From an uncultured Chloroflexia bacterium (GTDB lineage: Bacteria > Chloroflexota > Limnocylindria > Limnocylindrales > CSP1-4): a DNA stretch of 64,000 bases. This document shows positions 38,661 to 48,601 of the stretch, in pieces (position 1 is the first letter of the stretch; every line of letters begins with the position of its first letter). Made by a program: the position numbers and the translations under genes. The notes under the pieces are model-generated. The model had not been told where the DNA came from, made no database searches, and was given only the letters and a program-made list of their open reading frames with translations. The stretch lies in the NCBI GenBank assembly GCA_963709605.1, contig CAVPWX010000020.1, positions 401,337-465,336 on the forward strand, given 5' to 3'.

Positions 38661-40490
38661 ATGACGATCGGGACCGTGGAGGTGGAGCTCAAGTACCGGG
38701 TCGCCAGCGCGACAGCGGCCGCGCGCTTCGCGGCCGCGCGCTCGCTCGGGCCGTTCCGGGTCGCCGGGCGCGCCCGGCAGGTCCAGATCGAGGATCGCTA
38801 CCTCGACACGTCCGACGGCGCGCTCGGCCGGGCGGGCTACGCCGCCCGCCTCCGGCGCGGCCCCTCGATGACCGTCATCTCCGTCAAGTCGACCACCCCG
38901 GCGGCCACGGCGCTCCACCGCCGCGAGGAGCTCGAGGGGCCGGCCGACCTCTCGCTCGACCCGCACGCCTGGCCCTCGTCCCCCGCCCGGTCGCTGATCC
39001 TCGAGCATGCCGGAGAGGCGCCGCTCATCGAGCTCGTGACCGTGCGCCAGCTGCGCCGGACGCGGATCCTCGCCGACGAGGCGAGCGAGGTGGAGCTCTC
39101 GCTCGACGAGGTCGCGGTGGTCGCGGCGGGCCGGGTCCTCGATCGCTTCCTGGAGCTCGAGGTGGAGCTCCGCCGCGGACCGTCGGACGGGCTCGAGGCG
39201 CTCGCGTCCGTGCTGGCCGGCGATCCCGACCTGGTGCCGGAGACCGCATCGAAGCTCGAGCGGGCACTCGCCGTCGTCGGCACCGGCCCGCGACCGCGCG
39301 GCCGGCCGCGCGCCGCGCCCCAGGCGATGCCCGAGCTCGGGCCCGATGTCGCGGCGCCGGCCGGGGCCGGCCCCTCGAACGGGCCGGCGGGCGAAGAGCC
39401 CGGGGCGCCCGGGCCGGCGGCCGCGCCCAGGGCGCCCGGGCCCGTGAGCGAACCCCCCGTGATCCCGGCGCCGGGGCCGCCGCCGGCGGCGACAGAGGCC
39501 CAGCCGGCGGCGCCGGAGACCCCGCCCGAGCCGCCCGTCGCGCCTCGGCTGGCGGTCGGGAAGTCGCCGGGCGTCACCGCCGACGATGTCCTCGCCGAAG
39601 CCGGCCGCAAGGTCGTCCGCTTCCACTTCGCCCGGATGCTGGCCCGCGAGGCCGGCACGCGATCGGGGAAGGCGATCGAGGAGCTCCACGGGATGCGCGT
39701 GGCCACCCGCCGGATGCGCGCGGCGTGGCGCGTGTTCGGCGACGGCTTCCGCGCCGACCGCACGCGCCGGCTCCGCGGCCGGCTGCGGGTCCTGGCCGGG
39801 CGCCTCGGCGCGGTCCGCGACCTCGACGTCCTCATCGAGGCGGCGGCCGCCCACCAGGGCTCCCTCTCCCCCCGGGAGGCGAGGTCCTTCGAGCCGCTCC
39901 TCGCTGCGTGGCGCGAGGAGCGCGAGGTCGCCCGGGTCGTGCTCCTCCGCGAGCTCGACAGCACGGCCTACGAGCGCCTGGTGGAGGACTACCGGGTCTT
40001 CGTCGCGACGGAGGGTGCGGCCGCGCTCGTGCCCGCCACCCCGGTGGCCCCGCACCGGGTCCGCGACACCGCCGCGTCGCGGATCTGGCTCGCCTACGAG
40101 CAGGTGCGCGCCTACGAGTCGGTGCTCCGCTGGGCGGACATCGAGACGGTCCACCAGCTCCGCATCGCCGCCAAGTGGCTGCGCTACACCCTCGAGTTCT
40201 TCCGCGAGGTGCTCGGGCCGGAAGTCGACGTCCTGATCCCCCGCGTCGTCGCCCTCCAGGACCACCTCGGCTGGCTCCACGACGCCGACGTGACGATCGC
40301 CCTCACCCGCCAATTCCTCGTCGCCAACGCCGGGACCCTCTCCCGTGACGAGACGCAGGCGATCGGGGCGTACCTGACACTCGAGGAGCGGGAGCTGGCA
40401 AGGCTTCGCCGCACGATGGGCGTGCCCTGGCGGGCCGTCAGCGGCGCCCCGTTCCGGCGCCTTCTGGGGAGGGCGGTCGCCGCCCTCTGA
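38661..40490 (+). CDS. CYTH-domain / CHAD-domain protein with a Pro/Ala-rich linker
   Basis: N-terminal CYTH (VEVELKYRV...), and C-terminal CHAD helices containing HGMRVATRRMRAAWRVF (HxxRxxxRRxR). RBS AGGAG. Confidence 0.8.
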   Translation: MTIGTVEVELKYRVASATAAARFAAARSLGPFRVAGRARQVQIEDRYLDTSDGALGRAGYAARLRRGPSMTVISVKSTTPAATALHRREELEGPADLSLDPHAWPSSPARSLILEHAGEAPLIELVTVRQLRRTRILADEASEVELSLDEVAVVAAGRVLDRFLELEVELRRGPSDGLEALASVLAGDPDLVPETASKLERALAVVGTGPRPRGRPRAAPQAMPELGPDVAAPAGAGPSNGPAGEEPGAPGPAAAPRAPGPVSEPPVIPAPGPPPAATEAQPAAPETPPEPPVAPRLAVGKSPGVTADDVLAEAGRKVVRFHFARMLAREAGTRSGKAIEELHGMRVATRRMRAAWRVFGDGFRADRTRRLRGRLRVLAGRLGAVRDLDVLIEAAAAHQGSLSPREARSFEPLLAAWREEREVARVVLLRELDSTAYERLVEDYRVFVATEGAAALVPATPVAPHRVRDTAASRIWLAYEQVRAYESVLRWADIETVHQLRIAAKWLRYTLEFFREVLGPEVDVLIPRVVALQDHLGWLHDADVTIALTRQFLVANAGTLSRDETQAIGAYLTLEERELARLRRTMGVPWRAVSGAPFRRLLGRAVAAL

Positions 40491-40593
40491 CGCCCGGGGC
40501 AATCGTCCGGCGGTCGTGGCCCGGGTCGTCGGCCGCGTCGTCGGCCGCGTCGACCCTGTGCCGCGCGGCGGTGCCGGAGGGCGGACCTCGCCG

Positions 40594-41523
40594 TCAGCCC
40601 GCCCAGCCGTGGGCGAGATCGTCGAGGCGGTCGCGCCACCCGCGACCGGCGCGGGCGAGGGCCAGGACGACGCCCTCCCGGATCCCCTCCTCCACCGCCT
40701 CGACGCGGGCCACCCCGTAGTGGGCCATGAGAGCCTCCAGGATCGCGGCGCCTGCGGGAAGGATCCGGGCCCGGGTCGCGCGGATCCCGAACCGGTCGGC
40801 GACCGTCGCCGCCGGGGCCGCCGCCAGCGTCCGTCGCGCGGTCGCCAGCCGGCGGGGCGTGAGGACCCGGTCGTGTCGCGCCGCGGGGACGATCTTGACG
40901 AGGTTGGACGAGGTGCCCCCCACGGCCAGGATCAGGGCCGGGCTGCCCGGCGGGGCACCGCGAAGGTGGGTCCGGGCCGCCGTCCGCAGAGCAGCCATCT
41001 CGTCGCGCGTCGGCGGATCGTGGGCCACGAGCTCCCGGGTGAGCGACGCGCCGCCGATGGCCAGGGCGCCCGCCCGGGCGCGCGCCCTTGGCTCGACGAC
41101 GACCACCTCGCTGCTGCCCCCGCCGATGTCGACCACGGCGAGGGGCACCTCGACCGGGCGGCCGGCCGTCGCACCGAGCAGGTTGAGAAGGCCCTCCTCC
41201 GCGTGGTCCAGGACATGGAGCGGGACGCCGGTGGCGGCCTCGACCGCGACCACCACGGCCCGGGCATCGGCGGCCTGCCGGAGGGGTTGCGTCGCCACGA
41301 ACGCGATGTCCCGGGCGCCGAGGCCGCGCGCGGTCGTCGCGCACCGGACGAGCTCGCCGACCAGGTCCCCGCGAAACGGCTCCGGGATCGCGCCGTGGGA
41401 CGCTACGACGTCACCGAGATCGAGGATCGCGGATTCGTCGACGAGCGGCTCCAGGCGGTGCGCCTCGCACGTCCGCGACGAGGAGATGGACGGAGTTGGC
41501 GCCGACGTCGACCGCCGCGAAGA
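40594..41523 (-). CDS. ppx: Exopolyphosphatase/guanosine pentaphosphate phosphohydrolase (Ppx/GppA) family, with apparent frameshifts
   Basis: N-terminal AVDVGANSVHLLVA is in ORF 41411..42025, and the body with VDIGGGSSEV is in ORF 40594..41298. Confidence 0.7.
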   Translation of the reverse strand, partial: SSRRSTSAPTPSISSSRTCEAHRLEPLVDESAILDLGDVVASHGAIPEPFRGDLVGELVRCATTARGLGARDIAFVATQPLRQAADARAVVVAVEAATGVPLHVLDHAEEGLLNLLGATAGRPVEVPLAVVDIGGGSSEVVVVEPRARARAGALAIGGASLTRELVAHDPPTRDEMAALRTAARTHLRGAPPGSPALILAVGGTSSNLVKIVPAARHDRVLTPRRLATARRTLAAAPAATVADRFGIRATRARILPAGAAILEALMAHYGVARVEAVEEGIREGVVLALARAGRGWRDRLDDLAHGWAG

Positions 41524-41544
41524 CGGCCCGCCGGGAGGGCTGGC

Positions 41545-41853
41545 TCAGCGGTCGGCCGGCGCAGGGCGCGGAGCCCGGCGGGTGCGCGTGGTCGCGGGCT
41601 TGGCCGGGGTCGCCTTTGCGGCCGGGGTCGCCGTGCCGGCGACCGGTGCGCGTTCCACCGGCGTCTCCCCGAGGACCTCGGCCAGCGCGGCGCGCAGGAC
41701 CGCCACCTCGAGCTGCGCCGCCTCGAGGCGGGACGCGGCCTTCGCTTCGCGCTTCAGGCCGGCCGCCAACGCCATCTCCAGCCGCTCCGCGCGGCGATCT
41801 GGCGGCGGTCCGGCGGCCTTCCTCTTCCGCTTCGAGCGCGTCCCCTTCGCCAT
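41545..41853 (-). CDS. Small basic protein (Lys/Arg-rich N-terminus, coiled coil, Ala/Pro/Lys-rich tail), hypothetical
   Basis: MAKGTRSKRKRK..., with RBS AGGACGAGG. No recognisable family. Confidence 0.35.
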   Translation of the reverse strand: MAKGTRSKRKRKAAGPPPDRRAERLEMALAAGLKREAKAASRLEAAQLEVAVLRAALAEVLGETPVERAPVAGTATPAAKATPAKPATTRTRRAPRPAPADR

Positions 41854-41999
41854 CGTCGCCTCGTCCTTCCCGGTTCCGTGCCGACCCACCGGCCTGTACC
41901 CGACAGTCTGCCATCCCCGCCGCGCGAGCGACACGCCCCGCGACTCGCGGACTGCGACCCGCCACCCCGGCCACGCGCGACGCCGGGTGATCCCGGGTC

Positions 42000-42054
42000 G
42001 TTAACAGAGCGTTGACCGGGCGCAAACCGGTGGTTCATCGCCCCTGTCGACGCT
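42000..42054 (+). promoter_or_regulatory. Candidate PHO box. Five consecutive 11-nt direct-repeat units: GTTAACAgagc, GTTGACCgggc, GCAAACCggtg, GTTCATCgccc, CTGTCGAcgct.
   Basis: The units match the actinobacterial PhoP-type unit GTTCACC. It lies 77-131 nt upstream of the pstS GTG. Confidence 0.5.
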
Positions 42055-42130
42055 GAGGACGTATTTCGGAATGTCCGCCGCCGCAGGCGCGTCGAGCCGC
42101 GCCCGGCGGCAGCCCAGGAGGAAGCACCTC

Positions 42131-43164
42131 GTGACCATCGCATCCCCGAAGCGCATCGGCGCCCTTGCGCTCATGGCGGCCTTCGCCGTCGCGGCCTGCG
42201 GCGGCGGCGCCACGCCCGCCCCGGCCCGGCGCCGGGCTCCGGGCCACGCACCGAGCACGGCAGCGGCCTCCGGCTCGATCGTCGTCTCCGGCAGCTCCAC
42301 CGTCGAGCCGATCTCGACCGGCGTCGCCGAGCTGTTCAGGAGGCGAACCCCGAGTGCAACTACCAGATCGAGGGTCCTGGCACCGGCGACGGCTTCGCCC
42401 GCTTCTGCAACGGCGAGACCGACATCTCCGACGCCTCGCGCGCCATCAAGGACGAAGAGGCGGAGAATGCGAGGCGGCCGGCATCGAGTACGTCGAGCTG
42501 AAGATCGCCTACGACGGCATGTCGGTCATGACGAACCCGACAACGACGGCGATCGCCTGCCTCAGCTTCGCCGACATCTACGCCCTCGTCGGCCCCGAGT
42601 CGACCGGCTTCACGAAGTGGTCGGACGGCGCGGCGATCGCCAAGGAGCTGGGCTCGACACAGCCCTCCCCGACGCCGACCTCGTGATCGCGGGCCCCGGC
42701 GAGGAGTCCGGCACGTACGACTGATTCGTGGAGCTCGTGATCGCCAAGACCGCCGAGTCGCGCGGCCAGGAGGCCCAGACCCGGCCGCGACTACACCAGC
42801 TCGGCCAACGACAACATCATCATCGAGGGCATCAGCGGCAACCCGACCTCGCTCGGATGGGTCGGCCTCGCGTTCGCCGAGGAGAACGCCGGACACGGTC
42901 CGCGAGATCCCGATCAGCAAGGACGCCAACGGGACCTGCGTCGAGCCCAACGCCGAGACGGTCTCCGACGGCAGTTACCCGATCTCCCGGCCCCTCTTCA
43001 TCTACGTGAACAAGGCGAAGGCCGAGGCGAACCCGGCCGTCGCCGCCTACGTCGACTTCTACCTCGCCGAGGGAACGATCGCCAAGGTCCTCGAGACCGT
43101 CCCCTACGTGAACCTTCCCGCCGAGGAGCTCGCCGCGACGCGGGCCGCCTGGGACGCGCGCTAG
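42131..43164 (+). CDS. pstS: Phosphate ABC transporter substrate-binding lipoprotein (multiple apparent frameshifts)
   Basis: Signal peptide with lipobox (LMAAFAVAACGG). PstS segments are in three frames (ORFs 42071, 42165, 42728) plus the C-terminus PISRPLFIYVNKAKAE. Confidence 0.8.
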
Positions 43165-43260
43165 CCGCTCTCCTCTTGCGCGACGCCGGCCGGGTCGGCT
43201 CGGAGACCCGGCCGGCGTCGCGCACGCCGCTAGACTCCGCACTCGGGAGGGTTCTCGTCG

Positions 43261-44208
43261 ATGGCCACCGCAACTGCGCCGGGCGCTCCGGGCGCGCCGA
43301 GCGCGCTGGTCGGCAGCCGCGCCCGCCGCGCCCGCGAGGCCTGGATCGGCCGCGCTCTTCTTCGCCGCCGCCCTCGTCTCGGTCATCATCACCGCCTTCA
43401 TCATCCTCACGGTCTTCGAGCAGGCGGTCGAGTTCCTCCTCAAGATCGACCTCTCGCAGCTGGTCGCGCCGGGCTGGTTCCCGCGCCGCGGCATGTTCGA
43501 CATCGCGACGCTCTTCGTCGGCACGCTGCATCGTGACCGCGATCGCGATGCTCATCGCCGGCGCCGATCGGCATCCTCTCGGCGATCTACCTCTCGGAGT
43601 ACGCGAGCCCGCGGGTCCGGGGCACGGTCAAGCCGATCCTCGAGATCCTCGCCGGCATCCCCAGCGTCGTCCTCGGCTTCTTCGCCCTCACGTTCATCAA
43701 CCCGACGATCGTCCAGACGCTCGTCCCGGGCGCGAAGGGCTTCAACCTCGCGGCGGCCGCGATCGCGGTGGGCATCCTGACGATCCCCCTCGTGGCGACG
43801 ATCTCCGAGGACTCGATGAAGGCGGTCCCCCAGTCGCTGCGCGAGGCCTCCTACGGCCTCGGCGCGCGCCGGGTGACGACCGCGACCCGCGTCGTCCTCC
43901 CGGCCGCCGTCTCCGGCATCGTGGCCGCGCTCATCCTGGGCGTCTCGCCGGGCCGTCGGCGAGACGATGGTCGTGGCGATCGCGGCCGGCGCCTCGGGCG
44001 GCTCGCTCTTCTCCGTCGAACCCCTTCGAGCCCGGCCAGACGATGACGGCGGCGATGGCCGCGCTGGCCACCGGCTCGGACCAGGTCGCCGGCGACAACG
44101 CCGCGTTCCAGAGCCTCTTCTTCGTGGGGCTCCTGCTCTTCGTCATCACGCTCGCTCCTGAACGTGATCGGCGACGCCTTCGTGCGGCGCGTCCGCCAGG
44201 CGTACTGA
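43261..44208 (+). CDS. pstC: Phosphate ABC transporter permease (apparent frameshifts)
   Basis: PstC-like TM segments are spread over ORFs 43261, 43493, 43768 and 43967. Confidence 0.7.
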
Positions 44209-44217
44209 GGCCCGCGA

Positions 44218-45156
44218 ATGGCCACCTCCCCGAACCCCTCCGTCACCACGATCGCCGTCCAGCGCGCCCTCGCCGGCCACGGGCCGGACTGGCGCGGGCT
44301 GATCTTCGCCCTGCTGCTGCTCGGCTCCATCATCGCCACCCTGGCGATCCTGATCTTCCTGCTCATCGACCAGCTCTCCCGCGGCCTGCCGGTCTACCAG
44401 GAGCGCGGCCTCGACTTCCTCACGTCCGGCCTCTCGTCGAACCCCGCCAACGCCGGCATCGGCCAGGGGATCCTGGGCTCCATCCTCATCGGGATCCTCG
44501 TGAGCCTGTTCTGCTTCCCGCTCGGAATCCTCACCGCCGTCTACATCGAGGAGTACGCCCCCGACAACCGGCTGACGCGATTCATCAACATCAACATCCG
44601 GAACCTCGCCGGCGTCCCCTCCATCGTCTACGGCCTCCTGGGCCTGACCGTCTTCGTGGCCTTCTTCGCGTTCCTCGGGTTCCCCAACAACGGGCGCAAC
44701 ATCATCGCCGGGGCGATGACCCTCACCGCGCTCATCCTTCCCATCGTCATCATCACCTCGGCCGAAGCGCTGCGGGCCGTGCCGCGAACGCTGCGCGAGG
44801 GCGGCTACGGCGTCGGCGCGTCGCGCTGGCAGGTGACCAGCCGGCTCGTCCTCCCGGCCGCGCGCTCCGGCATCCTGACCGGCACGATCCTCGCCCTCGC
44901 CCGCGCCCTCGGCGAGACCGCCCCGCTCCTGCTCGCCGGGGCGATCCTCGGCACCTTCTCGAGCCAGGGCGGGCTGGAGAGCCTCCTCACGGGCCCGTAC
45001 ACGGTCCTCCCGATGACCGTCTACGACTGGGCCCGCAAGCCCCAGGAGGAGTTCCGCGCGCTGACCTCGGCGGCCATCATCGCCCTCCTCGTCATCACCC
45101 TCTTCTTCAACACCCTGGCCATCCTTCTCCGCAACCGGTACCAGAAGCAGTGGTAG
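44218..45156 (+). CDS. pstA: Phosphate ABC transporter permease
   Basis: Intact 312-aa ORF with a PstA-like pattern. Confidence 0.85.
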   Translation: MATSPNPSVTTIAVQRALAGHGPDWRGLIFALLLLGSIIATLAILIFLLIDQLSRGLPVYQERGLDFLTSGLSSNPANAGIGQGILGSILIGILVSLFCFPLGILTAVYIEEYAPDNRLTRFININIRNLAGVPSIVYGLLGLTVFVAFFAFLGFPNNGRNIIAGAMTLTALILPIVIITSAEALRAVPRTLREGGYGVGASRWQVTSRLVLPAARSGILTGTILALARALGETAPLLLAGAILGTFSSQGGLESLLTGPYTVLPMTVYDWARKPQEEFRALTSAAIIALLVITLFFNTLAILLRNRYQKQW

Positions 45157-45185
45157 AGAACGACCGTCCACCCGAGGGGGATCCC

Positions 45186-46054
45186 GTGACCACCGACACC
45201 CAGCCGGCCCCCAGCCGGGACGTCCGGATCGGCGCCGACGCGATCGCGGCCGGCGCGAACTCGGCGCTCGACGAGGAGATGGCGTCCCTCCCCACGGCCG
45301 TCTCCCTGCGCAACGTCCACCTCCACTACGGCTCGTTCCGGGCCGTGAAGGACGTGACGATCGACATTCCCGAAGAACCGGATCACCGCCCTCATCGGGC
45401 CGTCCGGCTGCGGCAAGTCGACGCTCCTCCGCTCGATCAACCGGATGAACGACCTCATCCCGAGCGCCCGCGTCGAGGGCGAGATCCTCTTCCACGGCGA
45501 GAACCTCTACGCCGACTACGTCGACCCGGTCGAGGTCCGGCGGAGGATCGGGATGGTCTTCCAGAAGGCGAACCCGTTCCCCAAGTCGATCTACGACAAC
45601 ATCGCCTTCGGCCCCCGGATCACCGGCTGGAAGGGCGACATGGACCAGCTCGTCGAGGCGTGCCTGCGGCGGGCGGCGCTCTGGAACGAGGTGCAGGGAC
45701 AAGCTCGGCGATTCGGGCCTCGCCCTCTCGGGCGGCCAGCAGCAGCGCCTCTGCATCGCCCGGGCGATCGCGACCGAGCCGGACATGATCCTCATGGACG
45801 AGCCCTGCTCCGCCCTGGACCCGCGCTCCACGCTCCAGATCGAGGAGCTCATGGCGGAGCTCAAGGAGAAGTACACGATCGTCATCGTGACCCACAACAT
45901 GCAGCAGGCGGCACGGGCATCCGACTTCACCGTCTTTCTCAACATGGACGATGATCGGGCCGGCTACATCGTGGAGCAGGGTCCGACGGCCCAGATCTTC
46001 ACCAACCCGAAGAACCAGATGACCGAGGATTACGTTTCCGGGCGCTTCGGCTGA
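45186..46054 (+). CDS. pstB: Phosphate import ATP-binding protein (at least three apparent frameshifts)
   Basis: Walker A (GPSGCGKST), [14 protein letters not shown] and [13 protein letters not shown] lie in different frames. A single extra g in cccGaagaaccgg causes the first shift. Confidence 0.85.
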
Positions 46055-46071
46055 GCGGGAGGAGAGAGCAC

Positions 46072-46827
46072 GTGACCGAGCGAGATCCCCAGCAGGAGCC
46101 GGTGCTCGACCGCCAGGTCGAGGAGATCCTGCGCGGGGTCGAGGGCGACATCCCCGAACCCGTGGTTGCGCTGCCCCGCAGGCCCCTCGACCGCGAGGAG
46201 CGGACGATCAAGGATGTTCTCCTCCGGATGGGCAGCATCATCGAGGAGCGGATCCGCCTCACTGTGGAGGCGCTCGAGACGCACGACGACGCGAAGGCGC
46301 TCGCCGTCATCGAGGGCGACGAGGAGATCAACGCCCTCCAGGTCCAGGCGATGGATCACGTGGTCCTGGCGATCGCCACCCAGCAGCCGGTGGCCCGCGA
46401 CCTGCGCTTCCTCCTCGCGCTCGACCGGATCGGCGCCGAGCTGGAGCGGATCGGCGACTCGGTCGCGAACGTCGCCAAGCGGGCCCGCGAGCTCGCCCCG
46501 GTGCCGCCCCTGGAGGGCCACCTGGCGATCCCCGAGATGGGGCGCATCGCCGCCCAGTTCCTCGCCGACACCATGCGGGCGCTGGTCGACAGCGATGCCG
46601 CGGCGGCCCGCGAGGTGGCGACCCACGACGACGACATCGACGCCCTCTACCACCGCTGCGTCGACCGCCTGGTCGAGCTCGCCAAGGCCGACCCCGACAA
46701 CGTCGAGCGGGCGATGAAGCTCCTCATCGCCGCCCGCTACATGGAGCGGGTCGGCGACCACATCACGAACATCGCGGAGGACGTCGTCTTCGTCTCCTCG
46801 GGCCAGCGCGAGGACCTCAACCCGTGA
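46072..46827 (+). CDS. phoU: Phosphate signalling complex protein PhoU
   Basis: Two PhoU repeats. RBS GGGAGGAGAG before the GTG at 46072. Confidence 0.85.
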   Translation: MTERDPQQEPVLDRQVEEILRGVEGDIPEPVVALPRRPLDREERTIKDVLLRMGSIIEERIRLTVEALETHDDAKALAVIEGDEEINALQVQAMDHVVLAIATQQPVARDLRFLLALDRIGAELERIGDSVANVAKRARELAPVPPLEGHLAIPEMGRIAAQFLADTMRALVDSDAAAAREVATHDDDIDALYHRCVDRLVELAKADPDNVERAMKLLIAARYMERVGDHITNIAEDVVFVSSGQREDLNP

Positions 46828-47258
46828 CGGGGGCCGCGCGGGTGCTGGTCGTCTGCACCGGCAACGCCGCGCGGAGCCAGATGGCCGAGGCGTTCCTCTC
46901 CCGCGAGGGGGTCGCCGCGGCATCGGCCGGGACGCACCCGGCCGGCGTCCACCCGCTCACCGTCGCCGTCCTCGCCGAGGTCGGCATCGACTGGTCCGGG
47001 GCCCATTCCAAGGGGATCGGCGAGATGCTCGACGGGCCCTGGGACCTCGTCCTGACCGTCTGCGACGATGCCCGCGAGGCGTGCCCCGTCGTGCCCGGGG
47101 CACGGCGGACCGCCCACGAGGGGTTCCCGGACCCGGCCGCGGCGACGGGCACCGAGGAGGATCGGCTCGCCGCGTTCCGGGCCGCCCGCGACGCGATCGC
47201 CGCCCGGATGACGACCCTCGCGGCGGACCTCCGCGCCGAACGGGAACCCGCCGGATGA
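46824..47258 (+). CDS. arsC: Arsenate reductase, thioredoxin-coupled LMW-PTP family (or LMW protein-tyrosine phosphatase)
   Basis: CTGNAARSQMAE P-loop, and a Cys-X7-Cys pair (TVCDDAREACP) as in ArsC Cys82/Cys89. It lacks the DPYY motif. The GTG overlaps the phoU stop (GTGA). Confidence 0.65.
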   Translation: MTGAARVLVVCTGNAARSQMAEAFLSREGVAAASAGTHPAGVHPLTVAVLAEVGIDWSGAHSKGIGEMLDGPWDLVLTVCDDAREACPVVPGARRTAHEGFPDPAAATGTEEDRLAAFRAARDAIAARMTTLAADLRAEREPAG

Positions 47259-47752
47259 GCCGCGACCTGCCGGGTCTCGTCGAGCTCTGCCTCCTGCGCC
47301 ACGCCCACGCGGGCGACAGCACCACGTGGGAGGAGGCCGACGAGCTGCGCCCCCTGACCGAGAAGGGCCGGCGCCAGGCGGAGCGCCTCGCCCGGCAACT
47401 GGCGGGGGCCGGCTTCGCCCCGGACGTCGTCCTGGCCTCGCCGCTCGTCCGCGCGCGCGAGACGGCCGAGATCGTGGCCGAGATCCTCCGGGCTCCCCTG
47501 CGGATCGATCCCCGGCTCGGCGAGATGCTCGACATGGCTTCCGTCGAGGAGATGCTCGCCGACGCCGGCGATCCGCGGCGCCCGGTGCTCGTCGGGCACG
47601 ACCCCGACTTCTCCGAGCTGGCCTCGGAGCTCGTCGGGGCGCCGATCGCCATGCGCAAGGGAACCCTCGCCCGGATCGACGTCGAACGCCCGCTCGAGCC
47701 CGGCGGCGGCGAGCTGCGCTGGCTCCTGCCCCCGGACCTGCTCAGGGGCTAG
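47255..47752 (+). CDS. Histidine phosphatase superfamily protein (SixA-like phosphohistidine phosphatase)
   Basis: LRHAHA (RHG motif) and a downstream H. The ATG overlaps the arsC stop (ATGA). Confidence 0.6.
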   Translation: MSRDLPGLVELCLLRHAHAGDSTTWEEADELRPLTEKGRRQAERLARQLAGAGFAPDVVLASPLVRARETAEIVAEILRAPLRIDPRLGEMLDMASVEEMLADAGDPRRPVLVGHDPDFSELASELVGAPIAMRKGTLARIDVERPLEPGGGELRWLLPPDLLRG

Positions 47753-47778
47753 CCTCCGGGGCGTCCCGGGGCGAGACG

Positions 47779-48147
47779 TCAGCAGCCGGCCGGCGCCGCG
47801 AGGTTCCCGTAATCGGTGCCCAGGGCGGCACTCACCTCCAGGGCGACCGCGGGCAGGTAGGTCTTCACCTCGTTGGTGGCCCGCAGGTGGGCCATGATCA
47901 CGTCGTTGGCCCGCACCGCCGCCTGGCACAGGCGGAGCCGGTCGACCTGCTCCTGGCTCGGGGCAAGGCCCGACTGCTGGACGCGCGCCACGCTGCCCTG
48001 CTGCTCGCGGAGATCGGCCATCAAGCCTTGCGCCGCTGGGTCGTTCTCGAAGGCCTCGGCGGCGGCGCGGGAGGCGGCGACGGCGGGTGCCTGCAGGAGG
48101 GCCCGGCCGAACGCGACGGCCGCATCCTGGAGCTCTGTGCTGAGCAT
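47779..48147 (-). CDS. YlbF/YmcA-like (UPF0342) helical protein ending in Cys
   Basis: 122 aa, helical, C-terminus ...LAAPAGC. RBS GGGGAG. Confidence 0.4.
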   Translation of the reverse strand: MLSTELQDAAVAFGRALLQAPAVAASRAAAEAFENDPAAQGLMADLREQQGSVARVQQSGLAPSQEQVDRLRLCQAAVRANDVIMAHLRATNEVKTYLPAVALEVSAALGTDYGNLAAPAGC

Positions 48148-48159
48148 CGTGTTCTCCCC

Positions 48160-48585
48160 TCAGCCGCAGCAGCCGCCGGCGGAGCGGCAGTTGGCGGCGA
48201 AGTCGATCCCGATCTGGGCGCTGACGACCGCGGCCGTCTCGCGACACACGCTCTGGAACGCGGCCGTGGCCGCGACGTACGCCGTGACGGACGGGACCGC
48301 GTACGTGGCCTGCTGGAGGCGCTCCAGCTCAACGCGCTGGGCATCGGGGAGGACCCCCATCATCAGCTCCACGCGGAGCTCGGCCTGGCGCAACTGGAAT
48401 GCCTCGATCGCCGATGTCGCGGCGGGATCCTTCGAGAGCGCCCGGTCGGCCGCCATGAGGGCGGTGAACTCGGGGCTGGCGCGGAGGGTCGCACCGAAGG
48501 CGCCGGCCGCCGAGAGCGCCTCGGCCTCCGCCGCCCGGGTGGCGGCCGCGCGATCGGCCGGGTCGAGTGTCGTTGGGTGGAGCAT
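48160..48585 (-). CDS. YlbF/YmcA-like (UPF0342) helical protein with a Cys-rich tail
   Basis: 141 aa, C-terminus ...ANCRSAGGCCG. RBS GGAGG. A paralog of the gene downstream. Confidence 0.4.
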   Translation of the reverse strand: MLHPTTLDPADRAAATRAAEAEALSAAGAFGATLRASPEFTALMAADRALSKDPAATSAIEAFQLRQAELRVELMMGVLPDAQRVELERLQQATYAVPSVTAYVAATAAFQSVCRETAAVVSAQIGIDFAANCRSAGGCCG

Positions 48586-48601
48586 CGGGTCAGGCCTCCG
48601 T

